A stretch of DNA of 64,000 nucleotides from Mobula hypostoma (taxonomy: Eukaryota). The number at the start of each line of letters is the position of its first letter. Within the stretch, counting starts at the first letter, position 1. Positions 51,446 through 60,980 of the stretch are shown piece by piece. A model generated the notes under the pieces. The model saw only the letters and a program-made list of their open reading frames with translations. It did no database searches and had not been told where the DNA came from. Position numbers and translations under genes: made by a program. The stretch is from the NCBI RefSeq assembly GCF_963921235.1, contig NC_086097.1:192946001-193010000 (forward strand), written 5' to 3'.

Positions 51446-54400
51446 TGCAACGCACCATTCAGGTCCTTGAGACTTGATGCCTGTCATGAATTAAAAGGCA
51501 CTCTGCTGTTATTCGTACAGTCATCTCCCAATTTGCTGCAGGTCAGTCAGATTCCTCCTTCTCCCCTCCTTCCCCATCTTAATCTGTTGTGGAAGAGATT
51601 CACTTCCATGTTGAACAGTTATTCAATGTTTCCTAATCCAGATTGATTTCCATATGCCTGCCACCACATGTGGCAGCCACAAGATACATCTCCTTACAGA
51701 AATGTAGATTTTTATGTGGTGCAGATGAATATAAAATGATGCGAGCCACTCATGGTGTTGAAATGCTGCTGAGAAGTAAGGCCATTAAATAGCAAGCTTA
51801 GAGCTGGTTGATTGTAGCAATAATACAAATGCGTGCCAGCAGGAAGTTAGCATGCGACGTGCATCGAAAGCAACAGGTACAACCCATATTGCAATGCCAT
51901 TTCCTGTTTTCCAGGACTACCACTTTAGCTTCATATCTTCTAAATTCAAACTATATTCCTCTTTTCCTCTATTTTGGTCCCATCATTCGTTCTTTACTGA
52001 ATGAAGTGATTAATACTGTATACTCACAACCAACTCAGAATTGAATTAATATCATACCCAGATTATTTTCAGGACACTTTTTTTTAAAATAAATCTCATT
52101 CATTCTAGAATTAATTTCTTTGTGAAAAAAATGTCATTGCATTTCAAATCTATATGTTTATTTATTTGAGACTGGCTTGACAGTAATCTAATACAAGCAC
52201 TATGCTGAACAATAAAATCCTTATATCCTGACCTCTAATCAGTTCTCCAGCTCCGTGAGCCATATAAAGTTGTATTATGATTTATACAAGAGTGAGTCAT
52301 AGAGAAACTAAATTTACTCAAAAAGATTATTTTATTCAGAGATATTTCAAGATTGATTTGCAAATTTAAACCATAAAATGCAAATTTTAATCAAATATAA
52401 ATTTTAAATTGTTAAAAAAAAATCTTTAAGCATAAATAGAAAGTATTGGAAAACATCTGCACCATTTGTCGGGAGAGAAACCTGCTTAATATTTCATTTT
52501 GCTGATCTTCAGTGAGGGCTACAAGAGTTAGAGATTAAAGCCTAAATATACATCCCCGGCCACATGCTAAATGCACCACGTAGGCATGGCAGCATGTTGC
52601 AGTTCACTGGAAAAATTTTGAAAGTGGAGTACAGCCCACTGCTGCCACTGAATAGTACAGTCAGCACCAGTAATTATGTTTTTCTGAGACTAACATTTTT
52701 TTTAATAAGTGTATATGTGGGAATGTGCTGTGAGAGTTCAGGCAGGGCAGGGAACTTTGAATAGATGGTGAGAGAGGGTGATAATGCAACCAGTCAGATA
52801 ATTGCACAAGGCAAAATGGGTGGTAAAATGCTGCAGTTTTTTTTAAATATCTGCTAAGAAAGATCCAGAAATCTGGGGAGTGGAAGAGAAAGACAGGTTA
52901 TCTCTGAGATGTGAATCATTCCACAGGCCATATACCCAAAAGGGACCCTGAATGAAGAATCTACCCCACTCACTCTGGTGTAGTGTATTTCCCCTTGACA
53001 GATTGAAGAAAGGAGCGACAACACAATTGAATGTTGAGGCTGACTCCATCTCAACAGAATTGCTGTTGCTGCTGTGAAGCTGTGCTCAAATTTTGCTTTC
53101 CATTGTTACAGTGAGAAAGTGCAATTACTTCTTAGTATGTTGTTATTAACTCTTGAAACAGCAATTGCTTCTCTCTTCAGTAACCTCAGAGCAACCTTTA
53201 GAATATGTAAGCAATTTTACACATCCTCACATTGCTGGGGAAATTGTTTTACCACACCTGCCCCACCCCCACTTCTTTTAGATTTTTTTTTCATCCACTA
53301 AATAAACTTGTATTAAATTGCTTTTAATTTATCAGAGAAAAGAGATTAGATTGATTTTTGAAATATTAAAGAGAAATGATAGGGTAACTGGTTGTAATCA
53401 GAGTCCATTGTCTCTAAATCAAATTCAACATGTCAAGAGTAATAAAATTTAGAATTCTTCTCTGCAAGTGTAAAAGATGCTAATTCATTGTTATTGCTTA
53501 ATCTGACAATTTAGTCATAATTACAGTTATTAAGAAATATGAAGGAAGATCAGAGATATATGGATATCAGTTATGATCTTATAGAATGGTAGAATAGACA
53601 TGTGAGGCTAAATAGCAGGAAATGCATTCCATTATCTCTTACCAGTGAGAAAAATCCATTATTTATTAAATGCATTTAACCAATTTTCTGCATCATGGAT
53701 TTTAATGTGATGATTGAATAATGGCTTTGCTTTTACCCTGCTGCCCTACTATAAAATTACAAGATGTCTAGTCTGAGTCAAATGATTAAGATTTTGAAAT
53801 CACCATTTAGAGTCATGGAATCATTAAGGGCCATTGAATCTATGGTACTACCAGAGTATTTCCATTGCTCCCATTCCCTTTCTCTTTCCCAGGATGCTAC
53901 CAGAAAACAGAAAATAAGGGATTTAACAACAACCTGGTACATTGATGCAGACTGACTTTATGCAGAGCTTGAAGGCCATTCTTTCCAGTTTGGATTTGGT
54001 GGAGAGTCTCTTTTCAATGACATTCAATTCCCTTTTGAAAGCCTGGATAGATTTTGTTTCTACCACCCCTATAGGCAATGAGGTTCAGATTATAAGTACT
54101 CTCCTCACAAACAAATTCTTACTCACATCCCTTTTTAACTTAGTTCAAGATGTTGAATATGTGCCCTCTGGTCCTTGTTAATGGGAACAGCTTCCCTCTT
54201 ATTTTAGCTAACCAACTATGATCATGTTTGCCTCTATCAAATCTCTTCTCAACCCATTTTGCTCCAAGGAATTTTCATACTGTGTTTGAGTAAAAATAGA
54301 AGTACTGTTGTTCTTGGTAGCTCTGTATTTCTTAGTAAAGATAATTTTCTTTCTCCTTTCTTATTTCACCACTAATATAAAATTAATAAGTAAAACATGA

Positions 54401-55009
54401 AATGATCACCAACAATTTAATTTGAATTTCCTATTGCCATGAGAGATTATTCTGAGAGATCTATTTTAAACTAATAAATAATAGGCTGAGAAATTCTTAT
54501 TCAACAATGTATTATTTCATAAGTTTGTAGTAATGACTTAGTGTTGCTACAATATAAGTATCATTACAATGTCAGTGACGAAAGGTTGATTAACAGTTAA
54601 CTTCAGCACAGACAGTAACACAAAAGATGGCAACCATCTCTTAAATAAATTATGAAGAAATAGTTCTGGTGTAATTTCAAGCTACTAATCAAATCTAGAG
54701 TTCACAAACTAATTAAAAAGCATTCTAGTTTCACTCTTGAGTTTTGTGATTTCATCTTGATTAAATTATTGTTTCAGAGCATTCAAAATGCAGAACTCAG
54801 AAGAATCCTATGAATACACAGCCAATCAATCAGCATCCATGAAAAGAAATGACCTTCCATTAGAATGTGAATCTATCATGAACTAAACGTTTTAAAGAAA
54901 ATACATGATAGGGCAAAGGGGCAGGGAAAAAAAACATGAGGGTCATGTCCGTAACACCATGGATAATTAAATGACAAAGGGGATGATTATGTGAAACAAA
55001 CTCAGATAA

Positions 55010-55270
55010 GGAGCAGCCCGGTAGCAGAGTGGCTAGCACAATGACTTACAGTACAGGCAACTGGGGTTCAATTCCTGCCCCTGCCTGTAAGGAGTTGGTA
55101 TGTTCTTCATGCAAGAATGTTTTTGTGTTCCTCCCCATTCCAAAGATGTACCATTTGGTAGGCTGATTGAGCATTGTAAATTGTCCCGTAATTAGGTTAG
55201 GATTAAATTGGGGGATTGCTGGGTGGCGAGGCTCGAAAGGTCCAGAAGGGCCGATTCCATGCTGTACAGT
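55010..55270 (+). mobile_element. tRNA-derived V-type SINE (HE1-like)
   Basis: Pol III A-box TAGCAGAGTGG (about 55022) and B-box GGTTCAATTCC (about 55065), central CCAAAGATGT...TGTAAATTGTCCC block and a CR1-like tail GAAGGGCCGATTCCATGCTGTA. Confidence 0.75.
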
Positions 55271-56180
55271 GAAGTTCAAAATGGCTCAAAGCAAAAACAT
55301 TGTTTTATTCATTTACATTGATGAGGATGTCTGGCAAGATACAGTAAATGGTATTGCCCACCCCTAACATCCTTGAAAATGTGATAACAAATCTTTTTCT
55401 TTAACATTTATTCCCTAAGGTGAAAGTAAACTCACAGGGCTAATGGTTAGAGTGTTCCAGGTTTCTGAACCAGAAAAATATTGGGAATTTAGTACTAATG
55501 TCTCCCTCTGCCTACTTTTGTTTACAATGGGTCTTCAACTTAATTAATACTAACAATAAGAAAGTTATAACTAAGGATCTTAACAGCAGTACAAAAGTTG
55601 TAACTATGGATCTTTAGTAAATGACGAAAAATCTAAATTCCTATTCCTTTGTGAAATACCCTTACTTAGGTTGAGAAATTACAGCAATATTAATGTAACA
55701 ACTGACTCCAAGCTATCCTTTCCTTTTTTTTCCTACCACTTACTGCTATGAGTTGAACCTTGCATTAATTCACAAATATTGCAGGATTCAATTTATTGAT
55801 AATCTGACAATTCTAACATTATAGAGCCATAAATTTGAATTATATATCAGATATTTTAAAAAGAATAATTCCCATAGCTATCCTGGGATTCATTAGACTA
55901 AAAATTCAGGGTCTGAGGACAATTTCAGAAGACAAAACAGAATTAAGCTATTTGGGCCATCGAGTCTGCTCTGCCATTTCATCATGGCTTATCCATTTTC
56001 TCTCTCAGCTTCAACTTCTTACCTTCTCCCCATATCCTCTCATGCCCTGACTAACCAAGAATCTATCAAACTCTGCCTTAAATATACCCAATGGTGCCCC
56101 TCGGGTTCTTCGCAGGTAAGATAAAGAAGAATCCTAAGAGATTCTGTAAATATATTAAGAGAAGAAGGGTATCTTAGGAG

Positions 56181-56563
56181 AGCAACACACATCAAAGTTG
56201 CTGGTGAACGCAGTAGGCTAGGCAGCATCTCTAGAAAGAGATACAGTTGACGTTTTGGGCCGAGACCCTTCGGCAGGACTAACTGAAAAAAGAGATAGTA
56301 AGAGATTTGAAAGTGGGAGAGGGAGATCCAAAATGATAGGAGAAGATAGGAGGGGGAGGGATGGAGCCAAGAGCTGGACAGGTGATTGGCAAAAGGGATA
56401 TGAGAGGATCATGGAACAGGAGGCCCAGGGAGAAGGAAAAGGGGGAGGGGGGAAAACTCAGAGGATGGGCAAGGGGTATAGTGGGAGGGACAGAAGGAGA
56501 AAAAGGAGTGAGAGAAAAAGAATGTGTGTATATAAATAAATAACGGATGGGGTACAAGAGGGA
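56181..56563. mobile_element. Penelope-derived terminal repeat, truncated on the right
   Basis: CAACACACATCAAAGTTGCTGG...CAGTTGACGTTTTGGGCCGAGACCCTTCGGCAGGACTA (hammerhead-like core on the minus strand, 56244-56281), followed by a purine-rich body. Confidence 0.75.
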
Positions 56564-57022
56564 TTTATACTTGTGCGTACGGACTATGCCGTGGGGCTGA
56601 TTTATACTTTTGCATAGCCCTACGCCATAGCGAGCATGAGTAGTTGTGTCTGCGTCGCTCTGCAATTCACCATCAAAATGCTAGTTGGCGATGGGGTTTC
56701 TGTGCCACTGTGTTGAGTTTCTTCGTGAGAGACATGCACGAGGAAATGCATTTCAAATATTTTCGGATGTCGGCAGGTAGATTTGACGATTTGCTTCATT
56801 GTCTCCAACCATTTATTTCGCATCAGTGTACAGACATGGCGGAGAAAAGCAACCGAAATGCATAGGAGGAAATGCGATGCTACCAAGCCGACCAATCACA
56901 GATGTTGCAGTCTGCGTCGCCGCAACGCGTGAGTTACATTCTTGGGGAGGTGCACATCACTGTACGGCGTAGGGTACCTGGTACCCATGGCGTACATTTG
57001 ACACAGAAGTATAAATTGGGCT
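56560..57022 (+). mobile_element. PIF/Harbinger-type non-autonomous DNA transposon
   Basis: Inverted termini GATTTATACTTGTGCGT (56562) and ACACAGAAGTATAAATT (57001-57017). TTA/TAA target at 57023-57025. Transposase remnant [19 protein letters not shown]. Confidence 0.75.
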
Positions 57023-57508
57023 TTAGTTTCCTAGTCTTTATTGGCTTTACCACCATAGAATCTCCTGTGAGTTCCATTGTTAGCCTCCCATTCTCAATCA
57101 TCTTTTTCTATTCTTCTAACTCAATCTTTTTATCTTCAAATTCCTTCACTGCTGCTTTCTTCTCTTTGCAGTAATATAATTCCTTTCCACTTGTTCTGTC
57201 TCCAGTTGCAGAAAAAGCTCTGCATTTCATATTCTTTCCTTGTATTGTTGATCTAGTTTCTTCATCTTTTTCTGATACTCCTGCAAAGTGCCTTCCTGTA
57301 ACTGCTGTAGCTGTCTTTTGAGAGATGTCAATTTCTCCTGGTACATCTGCTCTTTTACTTCCAGGTAGCCTTCATCATCCTGCTTATTGGCAATATCTGT
57401 CTCCCTTGCATCCTCTGTATCTTCATCCGAGTCACAGCTATGGATATTGCATTCATCCTCCTCGTCATTGTAATAGTCGACAATGGGTGAGAGGAGAGCT
57501 GCGGACAT
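57023..57508 (-). pseudogene. SUDS3: Captured intronless SDS3 (Sin3A-HDAC complex subunit) N-terminal half
   Basis: [19 protein letters not shown]...[13 protein letters not shown]...[42 protein letters not shown], then TGA (probably from CGA), NAELFLQLETEQVERNYI, a frameshift, and KEKKAAVKEFEDKKIEL...[28 protein letters not shown]. Very close to vertebrate SUDS3 as I recall it. Confidence 0.95.
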
Positions 57509-58729
57509 CTTCCCCACCGAGCTGCCCTCCTTTGTTGACACAACTATTGTCTTGATAGTGTGCCAGTCCAACTGGATTTTCCTGAGCCATTCACGTCCCA
57601 GCAATGGTGGTCCTCCACTTTTCAGTACATAGAGGTTCAGCTGCTGTGTTTTGTCTCCGTAGGTCACTGTCACTTCAATTTTACCTTTGGGATGCACTTT
57701 CTATCCTGTGTAAGTCTTTAGCAGTAGTTTAGTTCGTTTCAGAGGTATGTGAGAAAACAGTCGTTTGTAGTCGTGTACAGAGATCACTGTTAAAGCTGAG
57801 CCTATGCCCAATTCCATTTTCAATCTCACGCCTGCCACTTGTGGAGTGATCCATATTACTCTTCGATCATCTGTCTCTTTCACGCTGTGAAGTTGCCGAC
57901 AAGACAATTCACTTTTGTCGGAGTTGTTTCCATCAGAACTGCTTTCATCAGAACCGCCTTCTTTCATTTTGTGTACCTTGTTTTATTTTCCTTCCTGGGG
58001 CTTCTTGTTTCTCTGTATTTTGCCCTTTTTCTGCTGTTGACTAGCTTTGCATACTCTGCCAATGTGGCCCTGTTTGCCGCAGTTTCTGCATTCTTTGTCT
58101 TTAAACCGGCAGTCATCTGGATCGTGTGACCTGTTCCCACAATGGTAAAATTTCTGTCCTTCATTCCTATTCAGTGACATTTTATTTGTGGCATATTCCA
58201 GAGATTTTTGTTGTATCTCGGAAGCACCCCATGCCGCTGTTTTAATTAATATTACAAAGTTTAGCGCTTTCTCGAATGTAAGGTCTCTTTCACACAGAAG
58301 CTTCTTCTGTGTGGTTTCACAGTGCCTGCCACACACTAACGTGTCCCTCAATGCATCCGATAAACCAGCTCCAAATTGACAATGTTCTGATAATTTGCAC
58401 AATTCAGCGCAATATTCAGAAATGCTTTCATTTTTGCTCTGATTCCAATTGTGAAATTTAAATCTTTCAGCAATGACTATTGGTCTGGGGTTTAAATGCT
58501 GTTCAAGAGTGTCTACTATTTGCTTGAATGTTTTGTCAGCTGGCTTTTCAGGGGTTAACAAGCTTCATAGCAGGCCGTAAGATTTTGCTCCCATAATACT
58601 GAGTAAGACCCTGGCTTTCTTTTTATCCTTAACACTGTTAGCCTCACAATATAACTCCACTCTCTCAATGTAAGTTGCCCAGTCTTCAATGCCACTATCA
58701 AATGCTGTAATGGTTCCAATCATCACCAT
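57509..58729 (-). pseudogene. gag-protease of element B (stops and a frameshift)
   Basis: Gag EDWATYIERVELYCEAN...IAERFKFH..NQ...ESISEYCAEL..LSEHCQFG...LRDTLVCG and knuckle CRNCGKQGHIGRVC. Protease MELGIGSALTVI (DTG altered) and [15 protein letters not shown]. Confidence 0.92.
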
Positions 58730-59100
58730 CTTTGTTATGTTAATTAAGCCCCGTTCTCCCCTTATATTCCTTTTTGACTCACGTATCCTTTTTGCTAGTG
58801 CCGTGAGCACACCCCATCTAGATGTGTGTGTGTCGCTCCTTTTTATCTCCCTTTGGGGGCAGGCAGACCCTCAGTCCCTGGGGTCAGCACCGACTGTGGT
58901 CTCACCTGGACGTGCTGCGGTTCCAACAGTGTCCCTTAGTCTCCTGACGTCTCTGACCCTGGCTGTGCTCCCGCTTCCTTTCAGACTCGCAGTCTCTCTC
59001 TGCCTCCTTCTCCCGCTCCTTGGCTTGTTCCTTGTGCTCTTCTTCCAATTGTCATTATCAATTAAAACACAGCGTACCAATACGATGTAGGTTCATTAAG

Positions 59101-59110
59101 CTCGTCATCA
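59101..59110 (-). promoter_or_regulatory. Degenerate primer-binding site (tRNA-Ser type)
   Basis: Minus-strand TGATGACGAG lies 3 nt after the LTR end and resembles TGGCGACGAG. Confidence 0.6.
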
Positions 59111-59113
59111 ATT

Positions 59114-59369
59114 TGTTGGGTATGTGGCCTGGTTACACAACAATGCTATTAATAAAAACGCTGGAGACGGGAGCTAAGATTCATGGTTCTTCACTGGCAG
59201 AAACCGAACTCGGCACACACGTACAGATCAATACGCGCCTAATAACGCATGCAGTGACATGTTACTGAAACATAAATTAGTCCCTTATTATACTGTAGAC
59301 TATACGATACATGAACATTTATTCATATCAAAAACACAATTACTGAAACACTGATTATCCACACCAACA
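59114..59369 (-). repeat. 5' LTR of element B (256 bp)
   Basis: Terminal inverted repeat TGTTGG...CCAACA adjacent to the PBS. There is no second copy in the window to confirm it. Confidence 0.7.
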
Positions 59370-59929
59370 AAACTCCCTAAACTATTAAATATAATTTTCA
59401 TTAGTGATAAATCAGTTTACTCAAATACAATGTAGATATCTAAGAAAGAGTAAAAGCAAATGATAATATTCTATTCACAGTTAATAATTCAAAGAAGCTT
59501 TAGTATTTGTTATTCTATAATTAATTTTATCGAAAACATGAATTGTGATCTCACCAGTGAAATTTCTGGTGCACTTTTGCACAACTTCCCCAAATGCACA
59601 TCAGTCAAAAGTAATTTCTTCAACACTGCTGAAAGAAAATTGAATCATGGATGAATTTTCTATTTTTTTCTGACACAACTCCTCAGGGCATTCCAAGCTC
59701 TTCAGTGCCAATTAATTATTTCTGGAGCATAATCATTGCTGTACGGTAGGAATTACAACAGCCAATTAGTGAAGAAAAACTTCAAACCACAGCATTATAA
59801 AGACAAAAATTTTATTTCAGTAATATTGAGTAAGGATATATTAGTCAGGACAATGGTGATATAGGATCTTTTGAGTGTTCTTTCATGCTTCTTGATTTTT
59901 CATCTCATGCAAAAGATAACACTCTACAT

Positions 59930-60980
59930 GCCATGTTCACGTTCACTGAGATCACCACTGTAGCTGGCCAAATCAGTGGTGCTGATAATGTGACATATAC
60001 AAACGGTAGGAACGGTACTAAAAATCTGGTTGAATGGTGCCAAGACAACCACAACCTTTCAACCCACATCAGCAAGACCAAAAAGCTGATTTCTTTCTAC
60101 AGGAGGAAGAAGCAAGAGGTCTATGAGCCAGTCCTCATCCGGGGATCGGAGGTGGAGAGGGTCAATAACTTTAAACTCCTTGATATTATCATTTCTGAGG
60201 AACTGTTCTGTGACCTGTATGTACGTGCCATTGCAAAAACAGCACAGCAACACCTTTACTTTCTTAGAAGGTTCCACAGATTCTGTAGATCATCTAAAGC
60301 TTTAACAAACTTCTATAGATGCATGGTGGAGAGAATCCTGACTAGTTGTATTATGGCCTGGTTTGTAAACACCAATACCCATGAAGAGAAAGGCATAAAA
60401 TTAGTGAATACAGCCAAGTCCATCACAGGCAAAGCCCTCCCCACCATTGGGAATATCTACAAGGAGCGCTGCCACAAGAAAGCAACATCAGTTATGAAGC
60501 ATCCCTGCCACCCAGGCGTCCTCTCTTATTGCTGTTGCCATCAGGAAGGAAGTATAGGAACCAATCATCCCACACCACCAGGTTCAGGAGCAGATAATGC
60601 CCTTCAACCGTTAAGCTCCTGAACCAGTGTGGATAATTTCACTCACCTCAACACTGAACTGTTCCACAACCTATGAACTCACTTTCAAGAAGTCTACAAC
60701 TCATGTTCACAATATTTTTTTTTTTGATAATTGCACACTTTGTCTTCTTATACATAGAAACATAGAAAACCTACAGCACAATACAGGCCCTTCGGCCCAC
60801 AATGCTGTGCTGAACATGTAATTACTTTATACACATTGGGTGCTTGTCAATCTTTGTTTATGTGCAGTTTTTCATTGATTTATTTGTGTTTCTTTGTATC
60901 AACTGTGAATCCCCTCAAGAAAATGAATCTCAGGGTAGTTAGTATCTGATGATATATACATACTTTGATAATAAACTGAC
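59930..60980 (+). mobile_element. Rex1/Babar-like LINE 3' part with a short antisense CR1 tail inserted at about 60753-60820
   Basis: NLVEWCQDN...SKTKKLI...QQHLYFLRRF...NFYRCMVERILT motifs; insert CATAGAAACATAGAAAACCTACAGCACAATACAGGCCCTTCGGCCC. Confidence 0.85.

Larger units (their letters stand above)
57023..59369 (-). mobile_element. Element B: Gypsy (Mag-like) LTR retrotransposon, gag-pro plus captured SUDS3; 3' end lost
   Basis: 5' LTR 59114-59369, degenerate PBS, gag with zinc knuckles and protease, then SUDS3 in frame. Cut by the Harbinger element at 57022. Confidence 0.92.

Noticed and set aside
55010..55085. tRNA gene
   Set aside because: A and B boxes are present, but there is no complete cloverleaf and the sequence continues into a SINE body and CR1-like tail.
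57023..57508. Functional host SUDS3 gene
   Set aside because: It is intronless, fused to retroelement gag-pro, contains stops and a frameshift, and is truncated.
58810..59100. Additional captured gene in the leader of element B (Arg-rich ORF 58871-59080)
   Set aside because: It has no recognisable homology and its composition is consistent with an ordinary purine-rich Gypsy 5' leader.
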